A stretch of 64,000 bases of DNA from Paragordius varius (Eukaryota; Animalia; Nematomorpha). The stretch is taken from positions 372,001-436,000 of the forward strand of contig OZ176057.1 of the NCBI GenBank assembly GCA_964247055.1, given 5' to 3'. Numbering within the stretch: position 1 is the first letter of the stretch; each line of letters begins with the position of its first letter. The position numbers and the translations under genes were made by a program. Below the pieces are notes generated by a model. That model was not told the DNA's origin, did no database searches, and saw only the letters and a program-made list of their open reading frames with translations. Shown here piece after piece: positions 39,155-52,500 of this stretch.

Positions 39155-40339
39155 TTAAGCATACTAATTCAAATCCAAATTTGAAAATATTTTTGACCTA
39201 GCTTGAATAGATTTTGGAAAATTTATATTTTGTTAATTTTAAAATAATCGAAAAATCGGACGCTTGATCAAATATATTATAAGATAGAAAAAAATTGAGA
39301 ATATGAAACTATCATTAAATAAAGCATACAAAACTGTATCTTTTACATATAAATATATTATATAGGCTTTTATTAAAAATCGTAAATTGAGAGATGTCAT
39401 ATTATTTGCTTTTTGCGAGCTCATCACAAACGTTTGTAAATAAGTTTCAGTGTAAAAGCATCAGCTTTTAGAATATATATATTTTGTCCAATTTTAATTT
39501 ATGTTAAATTTATGAACCAATTTAAGTACATCAGTGGCGAAAAACCCAATCATTTATGCAAAAATCTATGTTACTTGTGGATTTTTATATTTTTTAAATT
39601 TGAACGAAATGGACATAGTAAAATTAACATTTATATATAGGCCGAGGTAAATGATCATAAAAAATGGATTAACATAGATTACAGCTTGTTGAGTATGGTA
39701 TCCTGTTCATGTAAAGAAATTTTTAATTCACATAAATCTGAAAACTCAAACTTATTTATATGTTTGAATAAATTGATGGATATCTATAGATTATATTAAA
39801 TTAATAAACTTAACCACAAATTAGTCGCGGCTAGAATTATTAATGTAAAAAATTTGCGACGAAAAATCTTTTGGGATTTGAAAATTAATGCATTAAAAAA
39901 AATATATCATCATGGATTGTTGATTTATTCTAATACTAGTTTGATAATTCATGCATAGTTTAACGCTACTTTTTGGTTTTATGATTTATTTTTATCATAG
40001 ATTGTTACAAAGAATTATATTAATGCTAAGATTTTTATCATAGATTGTACACAGCAATTTATTCATGCTAAATAAATCTATTTAATGAAGAATAAATACA
40101 ATATGAATACATTTATTTATTGTAAATACATTTACATAGCTTATAAATACATATACATAGTATATAAATATATAAAAATTATGTATGATTCCAAATAAAA
40201 TTGGATATCATATTAATAGTATACTACTGATGGCCTTTTGTCGATTTGTGGGACCAGTAATAGAACCTTCTTTTTTGCAGACAACAAAGAAAGTAAATCC
40301 TTGGCAGCTTTTTTGGTAATTTTGTGCTTTTTAATGAAA

Positions 40340-41160
40340 TAATGGGCTTGTGTAGTCGCGCTGCAAGAGCCTTTTTGTAATCAAAAAGACAAAATTAGCA
40401 GTCTGATTTAAATTTATATGATTTTTCGGTTCAAAGTCAAATCATTGGCACGCTAAAAGGCATTGCTTTATTGTTATTTTTCCAATCAATTAAATTTATA
40501 CGGCATGAATCGCATATTTTTTTCGGAGCCCAAGGTTTGGCAGCATCTATTGTATCAAAACATTTCGAAAAAAGTTGTTCTATTGTGTTTCCTAAATTTC
40601 TTAATTTTTTTAAAAAATCCATCGTCCGCAAACATACAAAATTTGTTCGGATCATTTTTAGAATTGCGTTCTATATTATAAAGATAAATACCTGCTTGCG
40701 GGATCTCGCTCGTGTCAACGATTTGATTCAAAAACTTAAACATAAATGCACTAGGAAAGTATATTTTGGATATATTTTGATAAAATTTAAAAAACTACCT
40801 CTAATGAAAATTACATTATAAAAGCGACAAAAACTTTTTATAAAGAAAAAATATTTCTTCATTCTTAAAGAGCAATGTTAATTGAAATTGTTATTAATCT
40901 TAATTTTTTAGCAATCATTAGAGTTTTAGATTTTCGCTCACAAAAAAACGTCAATTTTTGCTATTATAAATTCGAAATTTATGACTATATTGATTAAGAT
41001 CATTTTTATAATCTATTACGCTCTATCGATTGATATATTATTTTATTTTTTGAAAAATCCTTTCAAGTAGCCCATTTTTTTTTTAATTTTTGGTATAGGT
41101 ATACTATTAGCTAACAGAAACTAAAATAATATCATTTGGCAGAAAAATTTGTTGTCTAGT
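40340..41160 (-). mobile_element. Chapaev3-type DNA transposon relic: left TIR plus N-terminal transposase fragment
   Basis: TIR-like CTAGACAACAAATTTTTCTGCCA at 41159-41137 (minus strand). Transposase motifs across ORFs 40555-40743 and 40437-40655 and beyond: NDPNKFC(YVCG), KPWAPKKICDSC, W...MPFSVPMI, EPKNH, DC*FC. These match the Chapaev3 N-terminal Zn-binding region as recalled. Right end not found. Confidence 0.72.
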
Positions 41161-44100
41161 AGTGTTGGGAAATAATTGGTGCATTTAATATATCTATAAT
41201 TTCTTCATCGCTAATTAAATTTTCTTCAAGTGATTTCAAGCAGAGTGCGCCACAGCGAATTCCTAAAACAAAGAAAAAGTTTTATTTAAAACAAACGAAA
41301 ACTTAAAAATAAACAAACTTAAAATAATACAGTTTTTGTGTATATATTAAATGTTACTTATGTTTTTATTATAAATTATTAAAGAATTGCAAGTATGAAT
41401 TTACATTAAAAATTAAAATTACACGGACAAAACGCAAAAATATAAAGGCAAATATTTTTTTCAAAAAAAACCATACTGAAACTTATTTCTTCTTATATAA
41501 ATTATTTACTTTCCACTTAAAAATATAAAATTGATTGTGTTACCAATATACATCTCTATATACTTTGCAATTTCAACAATGCATTATAATTAAAAAAATG
41601 ACATTTAAAAGGTATGGCTATATTTTAGAAAAAATATTTGTACTCATATTTTTACGTGTCCGTATATAATTTTAATTTTTACTGTAAAACATACATTTTT
41701 ACATCTTTTTGAACTATAAATTTGGTGTATATTACACCTCTACTCCTTTGCAAACGAAAATGTAAAATAGTAGGTCTCTTAGTTTTAGTATTATCAAATA
41801 ATCTTTACAGTATTTTACCAGATTGAATGGCTCCAGATATGGTTCCTTTCTCATAATTTGCCGTTTCAGTCCCTCCAAAAAATATCATATTTTTGGTGAC
41901 ATTATTGTTAAGTTTATCATTACAATTTTGCTCTATATTAAGGCTATTAAACAATTGTAAATTTATGAGATTTTGAGTTTTTCCAATACAAGGAACCGAA
42001 ATAGGACCACCAAAACACAAAGGCTCCATTCTCCAATCCTATAAGATTATAAAAAAAAAACCGTTTAAATTTAAAAGTTAATATTTATTAAAGACGTGAA
42101 TTACGTTTTTTTGTTAAGTCTGGCAAAAAATATGATATACTATATAAAAATGGTAAAAATTTGGGTTAGAAATATCTCAACTATACAACATATTTAGTAT
42201 TCCAGACTGATTAAAATTGCCTAGTAGAGTGGTTTAAAACAAATGACTTTATATTTAATGATGAAAATTTTATAAGAATCATTCAAATCGATTGTAAAAA
42301 AATATAAAGACAAATATTTTTTTTCAAATAACCGCTCTACATTAAAACTATGAATTTTTAATATACATTGTCTTTTTTGCAAAGTTAATAAGGATGTATA
42401 TTGGTAACACAATCAACTATTTATTTTACGATGTAATATAATAATAATTTATATAGAAAATATTGTGTTCAAAAAATGGTTGCCTTTTGATCTAAATATA
42501 TATTTATTTATGTTTTTACTATTAATTTCATTTACTGTATCTATATATATATATATAAATGGTCAAACATGGGGTTTAATATCACTAAACCCTACAAATT
42601 TAACATACCTAACTACAAAATAATATTTTAATACGGTGGTTTATTAAACAATATTATAGTTATTATAATAAAAGATTTGAATCAAATCGTTTGAGTAATT
42701 GCAAAAAATAACAAAAAAACCTTTTCAAAATAATTGAGGAAAGATTTAGCCTCTGTAGTTTTCCAGACTGCATTAAGGTACGATGTTATGGCTACAATAC
42801 GTTCTTCTTGCTATATATTAAAGAAATCAATCAATTTTAATTATTTTAGCTTAAAATTTGAAAGGAAATATATGAAATTATAAAGTTATGATGATCTTAA
42901 TCAATAGGAAAAAATTAATTTTGAATTCAAGGACTTTCTCTATAATAAAAAAATTAATATATTTTAGTATTAAACCGGTTTTTGTATCCAATAATCATAA
43001 TTATCAGCACCGATGAACCCACTTAAAACGCCAAGGACCACACTTGATTTAACTAAAAGTAGGTAAAAATTTAAATTATATGACAAAACTACATATATTT
43101 GCTGAAAAAACAATCATATTTTTACGAGAATTATATTAAGATTATAAATAATTTATGTAAGAAAAGGTTAGTAAAGTGTAGTTTTTTGATAAAAATTTCT
43201 CTTTATAATTTAAATTTTTATGCCATTCTTAAAGCAAACGCAATAATTTTTCAAATGTTAAATATGTTGCGTTTTTTGAAAAAATGCTTTTGACTGCAAA
43301 AATGTTAACTATACCATTTACAGTTCAAATTCACCCTTGAACAATTCAAATTCACCCTCGAACAATTCAAATTCACCCTTGAACAATTCAAATTCACCTT
43401 TGAACAATTCAAATTCACCCTAAAAATAATTTATGTATTTTCAAACTAATATAACTCATTATTAATATGAAATATATGTTTTGTATAGTTTATTATTTTT
43501 TTCAGTATTAGTTTAATTTAAAACAAAATTTTTATTTTTTAAAAATATATATGGTAATTTTTAGTATTAAAAACATATATTTTATATGAGGGTGAATTTG
43601 AATTGTTCGAGGGTGAATTTGAATTGTTCAAGGGTGAATTTGAATTGTTTAAGGGTGAATTTGAATTGTTTAAGGGTGAAATTGAATTGTAAATGGTATA
43701 TACTTTTATGTTTTCAGTTAAAGAAAATTAAAATTACCTGTAAAATTTCTATCGTGACAACTAATGATTGAAGTATCAAAGCAACAATCGAAAGGAGCCA
43801 CACAATAAGAACTTCCCTGCATTTGGTATCGGAAGCAATTATTAACAGAGTCGAAATAGGAATACCTTTATATAATAAAGTATAAAAATGAAATATATTA
43901 TATACAAAACGTAAAAACATATAGACAAATATTTTTATCTAGACAGCTATACTTTTTAACTTTGATTATATTATTAAATTTGTAAAATAAAATGTTTTAC
44001 CAATTTTTTAATTCATACTTTGCTTATTAAACCAATGAGTTATATTTAAAAAGCGTTTATAAATAGGTTTTAAAAAATATTTGTTTCAGTCTTTACGTCT

Positions 44101-46513
44101 GTATATTTTCAATCTTTCCCTTTAATAATAATTATAATCAACAACTTCGATGTGATGTATTTGGAATATGTCTAAATTATTGTATATTTGGTATATTGTA
44201 TAATTATCAAAAGACATCAATCAATCTTTAGGATTTCAATTTCGGCTATTTAATAAAAGTATGTTGCCAAATAGTTCCGATATTTTAAAATATAAAAAAA
44301 ATAAGAAAAATATCTAGCAGATCTTGAGAAGAGGATTTTTTATTCGAATTTATTTATTTAAAAATATCTTTTGAACAAACCTATTATTTGCAAAAAGTAG
44401 CATGGCTTAAAATTAAATAGGAACACTACCCCACAAGATAGTTGTTATGGTATATATTCAACTTTTTTACCGAAATACAACAAAATATCAATCATTTATT
44501 AAATCAAAGAATTTCAATTTGAAATTTTTTCTATAATATAAAGATTTTTTTTTTCGTTAAATGGGTATAAATATTTGTAAAGAATTGAAAAAAACAAGAG
44601 ATCTATGGTATTAACAATATCATATTCATCAAAATATAAGAATTACTATGTAATACTTTTTATCCAGTTCTAATTGATTGCTATCGATATCATGAGCCTT
44701 ATTATCAACTGAATTATCAATTTTTCCAGAGTTTGTTAAGTCTTTTATAGGTGATGACAAATTAAATACTGTACCAGTGTGACTGAATTCTAGTAAACGC
44801 CAAAAGGGCTAAAAAATAAAAATTTAATCTACATTTAAAACAATTTTTTTTAAAGTTAAAAATAAAACGGGCAAAAGGAAAATACTAAAAGATAGATTTT
44901 TTTTTCACCAAAGGAAACTCGAAATTTTTTGTAGCGTATTTTATAATCTTCAAACTATTTAAGAGAGACTGGTACACTCGTAGTTAAATAGAATAAGTTA
45001 AAAAAAGTATGGTTGTGTCTTTTAAAAAAAAATATTTTGTACTTTAAGTTTTAATGTTTTATCAGTATAATTTCATTTTGGTGCTATTTTCAAATTGGGG
45101 AATTTATTTGATAATAGAAAATTTTTTTTTATATCTTAAAAGGAATTTAATCAATCATATTAACATAAGTTTTTTTTAAAGACAAAAGTTTATAATTTAA
45201 AATAAGTCTAAAAAATTTAAAAAAACATTTTATTGCTATGGTTTAATTATGCGAAACATGCCTTTATTTTTAATATTTTGGGGTTATAAATCAATATATA
45301 TATATATATATGTTTCATTTTGCGTATAATTTCATTTACTGTATATACAATAAGAATATACATAAGACAAAAAGTCAATATAAAGACAACAATTTTTTAT
45401 ATAATACTTTTTAAATTTTGAATATTTATATATAAATTTAATTGCATGTTAAAAATTTACATCTCTCCTTGATAACTTTGCAATTTTTAAACAATGATAT
45501 ATAATTTAATATAAATATCAAGATCTAAAATATTGGTTGTCTTTGAAAAAACAATATTTGTCTTTATATTTTTACATTTTTCACCGTATAATTCCAAAAT
45601 TCACTGTATTGTTAAAAACTATACCATTTAAACCTTGATTATTGATATATAAATTATAATTATAATTTTAAAATATATACAGTAAAAATTAAAATTATAG
45701 GGGCAAAACATAAAAATATAGAGACAAATACCTTTTCAAACGTAATTTTTCCTCTATAGGCTATTTAATTGATTGTGTTACCAATATACATCTCTATTTC
45801 ATATTTTGCAATTATGCGTTATAAACGAAAAAAATCAAATTTGAAAATAAAGTATGGTTGTCTCTTGAAAAAATATATGTCATTATATTTATACGCTTTG
45901 TCCGTATAATTTCAATTTTTACTGTAATTGCATTACAAATTACATATCTATTTCATACAATCGAATATGTTATGATAAATGTCGATTTTAAAAAAAATCA
46001 ACGGTCGTATTCAAAAAAATATTTGTCTTTATGGTTTTACGTTTTGTCGTCTGTATGATTTAAACCAGAGATGGTGCCAAACACAAATGGCTTTACGGGC
46101 CGCATTTGCAAACTATATGGGAGTTAGCCAATATTTTATAAGATTAGACCACATAAGACTGTAAAAACTACTATTTACTTCAACAACTTTTGAAAGTTCT
46201 CAGCCAAAAAAAGTCAAGACTTATTCGTTTCTTAGTTTGTTTTGTTTTCGAAATTTCTATCGTGGGCTGTAAAAATATTTTGAAACTCCTGTTTTAAATG
46301 TTTACTGTTATATGATATAATTGCTTACTCTGGGATAAATCAGTACAAATTTCAACATTCTCCCAGGTATAAAGGCATTTTTTAATGATGAGCCAATCAC
46401 ATCACATATATCTACTAGACTTTCTTTAACATTAAAATTGTTTTCATTAAAATTATTATTGATTGTCGAATTGCGGTGGCAAAAATTAATCTGAGCTAAA
46501 ATAAAATAAATTT

Positions 46514-46557
<44 letters not shown>

Positions 46558-49500
46558 CATTTAGAGTTCAAATTCACCCTTAAACCATAAACCTAAAATT
46601 AAATTATGTGTTTTCGAACTAATACTTATTAATAGTATAAAATATATCTTTATGGCATAGTGTATTATTTTTTCACTATTATTTTAATTTATAAACAAAA
46701 TTTTATCTTTTAAAGATATAAATATTTAATACAAAACATATAATTTATTTAAGGTGAATTCAAATTTTCGATAGTGAATTTGAATTTCGAGGGTGAATTT
46801 AAATTATAAATGGTTTATATATGATGAATAGACAAATATTTTTTTTCAAAAAAACCACCATACTTTTTTAAAATTAATTCATTTAAATATAATTCATTTC
46901 TTTTAAAAAGAATTAAATAGAGTTGTTAATTGTAACCACAAACAATCATATATTTTTGTAATTTATTAATTAATTTATATAGTAAAATTAAGGTTTAAAA
47001 AAAGATATGGTTTTTTTTGAAAAAATTGTCTTAATATACAACGAGTAAAAAATAAAAAACTAAAAATAAGGTAAACAATATTTTTTCTCGCTATTACAAT
47101 TATGAAATCATAAATGAATGTGGACCACCATTTTTCATCTCTATACCTAATTTTAATATAGTTAATAGACCTTAAATCAATAAACCTAGTCATTTATTTT
47201 TACGAATTATCTTTGTTGAAATGCATCTTATAAATCAAAATTGATTCCAAAATAAAATTTATCATTATTTCGAAAATAAACCCAAACTAATCGGGGGTAT
47301 AGCTATGATAAGTTTGCGACAAGTAAGCAATGTCCCATCTTCACAATAAACTTTCACGCCATTTGGTTCACAATCGTTTTTAAGATTGTCATTTAATTCA
47401 ATCTAATTTCCAAAAAATTAATGAAAAAGAACTTAAATTTTATAATGTAAAACATACAGGAGTAGGGGTCTTGAACACAAATGGCTTTGCGGGCCGTGTT
47501 TTTGGGATCAAAAGATCTGACGGACGCCGCATACGACAAATACATGGATATAAACATATATTTTTTTTAGATTTTGAACCATAAGATTGCATAAACTACT
47601 ACTATTTAGTGATTTAATCTGCTAAGTTGACTACAAAATTCAAAGGAGGAAAGATTTATTCATAAAAGTTCTTGGGGATAAATAAATTTTAGCTCTAATT
47701 TTCGTAAAATGCATTTAAAATTTCTCGCTCGACAGCAGAAATATTTCGAAGGGCTGCATGCGGCCCGCTTGTTGGACACCCCAGGTATCTCAACACTATG
47801 GTATATTTATTTGAAGTCCACATTAAATCGCTAGTTTATCATTAATTTTTGAGGCCATATATACCATTTGCCAAAAATGTCCTTAAACACTTCAAGTTGG
47901 TCCTTAAAATTTTCAAATTTTGTAACCATAATTTTTGCATGTACTTTTTTATTTTTAACCTAATTTTCTTATTTTATTATAAATTTATTCACTTAAACAT
48001 AAAAAATTTTATTCAAAAATTTATAATTAAATTAATTTTTTTCCAATTTAACAAAATTATTAACTTTTATATGTTTAAAAAATTGTAAATAATATCCCAA
48101 CTGTTATATTTTTAATAAGGTGTAAAATTTTATGATATCCAAAATAATTTTAAGAAATTAAAAAAGGATATACTGTTTCTCAATGATTAAAAATTGATAT
48201 TGATTTAAAATTTATGTTAAATAATTGAAAAAGGTCAAAAACGATAAAATATATATATCATTTACAATTTGATTGATAAAAGTTTTAAACAAATCAAAAA
48301 AGTTAAAGGACCAACTTGAAGTGTTTAAACAACTTAGGACTCTTGAAATGCCAATGGTCATATACAGCAAAGGGAAATATTATTGACTTTAAGTTATTTT
48401 TTTCGTATTCTTACTGCTATTAGCCAATAAAATAAGATTTTTCGCTGAATATGCTATCTGGCAGCAATGACGATAACACATATTGTAAAAAATGATTTGA
48501 AATAATTCGCAAAATCAAGTTTTGGAATTAATATGGAATAGTTAATAAATAATCTAAAGTTACAGTAAAAGCTGAAATTATACGGACAAAACGTAAAAAG
48601 TTAAAAATAAATTTTTTAAAAGAAAACCATACTTTATGAAATCTTAATTTTGGTTATATAAATTATTTAATTACAATCGTAAAATAATGTGATGCCAATT
48701 AACATTTTTATCCATAATTTGCAGTTTAAAACAATGTTATATTTCAAAAAACCAAGATTTCAAAAGTATAGATGTCTTTTGTTGAAAAAAATATTTGTCT
48801 TTATATTTTTACATTTTGTCTGTGTAATTTGAATTTTTACTGTAATAGACAAATAAGAAATCTTATTATCAAAATTATTTTAAAATAAATTACCTTTACC
48901 ACTTTCTTATTGTAAAATATATTAATCTTGCTATTATTAATATTGTCATTATTTTTGAGGGGCAATTCAATGTCTGAGAATGATTTTGTCTTGCTAAGAT
49001 TTTCAATAATTTTTTGGCATAAAGTGTGAGCGCCTCCCTGTTAAATTGTAATATAAAATTTAAAAATCAAAGTTTCTTGCAACTATTATCACAATAATAA
49101 CTCATAATGCAAAAAAGTTTATTACTAAAAAATGCATACTGTAAAAGTTAAAATAAAAATTTTAAAACATTATAAACACACTTTTTTTTGAAAAAAAACA
49201 TATTATAAAAATATATTGTATACGTTTTCACCCATATTATTTTATTAACCTATTCAAGATTTTATATTAGAAAAGTGTTTTTAATATGTTTATATTATAC
49301 ATAACTTTATATCAAATATATCAGTATTAATTTTATTTATATTTTAATTATAAGCCAACAACGTCCTATTGGCACCCACCTACCCGCAGTGTTGGCTGGG
49401 CCATGAAAATAATGCGTATGTTAACGACAAAGGCCAGTTTCTAATGATCTGAAAAATTAGTTGATGTACACAAGGGAAAGGCATGTAAACTACGTAAGAA

Positions 49501-52500
49501 ATTGTCTCAACGAAGTATAAACATTATGAATGTGAATTACTTCGTGGTACAAAAACTCACTCTGAATTCCAAGTCATGAAGAAACAATTATACAGACAAA
49601 ATTCATCTACATATGTTAAAGCTAAATATATATTTTTTACCAAAGAAAACTTAAATTCATCATAAAATAGGAGATGGAGATATAAATTGGTAACAAACTC
49701 ATTTATAAAAATTATATCAAAGTTGTCGAACATTTAAATTATATATTTTATATAAAATGAAAACTTTTATTCTATAAACGGAGGAGGGAGAATTAATTTC
49801 TTGTACGGCGGCATTTTCATTATTACATGTCTTGGCATTCCTATTATGACAATTGTAATTGATTAGCATGTTATATATGCCATTTTTTGTGCTATTCTTT
49901 GGAATGCAAGGACAACGACAGCAAAATACTTGTGTTTTAATGCTGAAATCATTTGATTCTTCAACAATATTGTAGGATGGTAATTGATAAATCAAATAAA
50001 AACTAAAGGGTATTTCATCGCCAGGCGAACCAAAAAGCAACGTATGTATCAACTCCATATATTTTCTTAATGGTCCTAAATAATGTATATAATAAACGGG
50101 CAAAATTTACAGTAAAAATTGAAATTATACGACCTAAATGTAAAAATATAAAGACAAATATTCTGATGACAATCATACTTTTGTAATTTATTTAAATAAA
50201 ACCCCATACTTGAAATTGCAAATTAGGAGATTGATATGTATATTAGCAATACAATCAATATTACAATTGTAATATTTATTTTCATAGGAAAAAGTAAGGT
50301 TTAAAAAAGTATGGTTGTCTTTTGAAAAAAACTTTATATTTTAACGTTTTCTCAGAATAATATAGCAATAGGCACAAATTTTAGTTTGTTAAAACGACAA
50401 TTTAAAAATATATAATTAAAACTGTGAGTTAACAATTTACATCACTATTTATTTGATGAGCCAAAAGAATAGGGTATTATATTTAAAATGTAACAAGGAG
50501 GTTTGAAAAATATGGATGTTGTTTTTTTTAAAAAAAATTGTCTTTAAAATTTCATTCCTTTGTACAATTTCAATTTTTAATGCGCAAAACAGCAGACGTA
50601 AAAATAAAAACACTTTGTGGTTTTCTGTTTTGAAGTTGGATTTATAGTAAAAATTGAAAATATTCAGACAAAACGTTAAAACATAAAGACAAATATTTTT
50701 TTGAAAACGACCCCATACTTTTTTAAGCTTATTTTTATTTAACAGTTGAAATTCAACTAAAATAACTTTCAAAACTGTAGTTTATTAAAAAAATAAGCTA
50801 TTGGATATAAAACCCCAATACAAAGATAAAAAAATAAAAATAAGAATGCGATTACAGAAAATGTTTGAAAAAACATTACACGCCTCTAAAAAGGGGTATG
50901 AAACGGAGAGTAGAGTTTAAAAAAAAGATTATATTGAAGTCTAATATTTTATTTAGTAAATTTCTCAAACTAATTTATAAAAAATATACTATAATATTAA
51001 TATACCTGATACTATGCGGGTATATGGCCACCCCAAACTGCTTATGTAGGATTGTATAGAATGGAATTCGTATTTGCTTAAATATCGTTTTAATTCGTGG
51101 GCAGAATTTGGTAATAGCATAATTCGTTCGATTTTCGCTAACTTTCTTTTAACCTGTTATAATATATACAGTAAAAGTAAAACACATAAATAAAAAGGGA
51201 AACACATTTTTTTAAAAAGACAACCATACTTTTTAAACCTTAATTTATCTCATAAAAACCATTTTATATAATTGTAAAATATGGAATTGATTGTGTTACC
51301 AATTCACATTTAATAAACGAGTTATATATGACTAAGTTTGAAAAAGTAAGGCGGTTTTTTTGGCAAAAATTTGTCATAATGTTCTAATATTTTGTCCGTA
51401 TATAATATCATTTTTTACATATAAAGCCATTTCAAATCTTTATTTCAATCAATTTTTATACTTATTTAACACTTCATTCCCTTTTCACTTTTTAATCCTA
51501 ATTTGCCTTTTGGATATTTTCAGAGTAAATAAACTACTGTTTTTAAAGTTATTTTAGTTCAAATTATCAAACGTTGTTCTGTATTTTTTGCAGTTTTGTG
51601 ACTTATAGATTCCCCAAAACACGATTGAAACTAACAGCTGATATCGAAATTAAATCAAGTTTTTTTGAGTAAAATGTAGCCTAAAAGCTTCTTAAAGTTA
51701 ATTTTAAACATTTTATAACCATAATATATAGTTATTTGCCTGTTGCATTAGCGAAAAAACTTAAAAAAAAATTGGGGGCAAAAAAGTTTGATATGAGGGT
51801 TTTATTTAAATTTTAAATTATTTTTAAAAAATTGTATAATGCGCCTAAATGACTAGAGAGAGCATATTTTAGGTTGGGCTTAATACCTTAAATACATTTT
51901 AAGACATTTATATTTATCGCTCTGAGATGTAAAATTCCCCCAAAAGGTAATGAAGTGTAAAATTACAAAATGGTAGGATTATACAAGAGCTTTCAATAGA
52001 AACAATAGTTAACACAATGTTCTAACAAAGTACTGTAAAAATTATGTATATTTATTAAAACATCTTATTTTTTAAGTCAAAGAATCAAAAATGCTATTTT
52101 CAAAAAAAAACTAATAGAATTTTTTTTCAAGTAAGAACTTGGAGTATTGTGGTAAGGAAATTACTTTTTTCATATATAGTCGCCAAGCCCATTGATCGAT
52201 AAAGTGTGTTGGTCCTTTTAAGATATCCAATTTTTCAGATGAATACAACACATCCTTAAATGGGTCTATAGAGAATGAATTATCTTTCTTTATATTTGAT
52301 ACATTTTGAGCTAAATTTGAATCAGTTGGCACTTTGAAAGCAGGTTTATGTTCAAATTTGTTGCAATAAACTGTTTGACATTCGGTTAAAGGGGTGTATT
52401 TGCTATCAGCAAGTAATATGCTATCTATGTCAGAATCTGTGATGATCGGTACTTTCAAAGCTTGAATTAACCAATCAATATGGATTTGATCCCTATATAT

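Noticed and set aside
46975-47193. ORF with KIRYRDEKWW considered as an oxidase exon
   Set aside because: The true GRMLKFVLIYPR|PFW segment is encoded at 46495-46329 and 44808 with matching phases.
49717-49929. Cys/Asn-rich continuation of the ORF beyond oxidase exon 5
   Set aside because: The donor at 49929 joins in phase to GGAHTLCQKI (exon 6), restoring the MAO alignment, so the continuation is probably intronic. It could still be an alternative extension.
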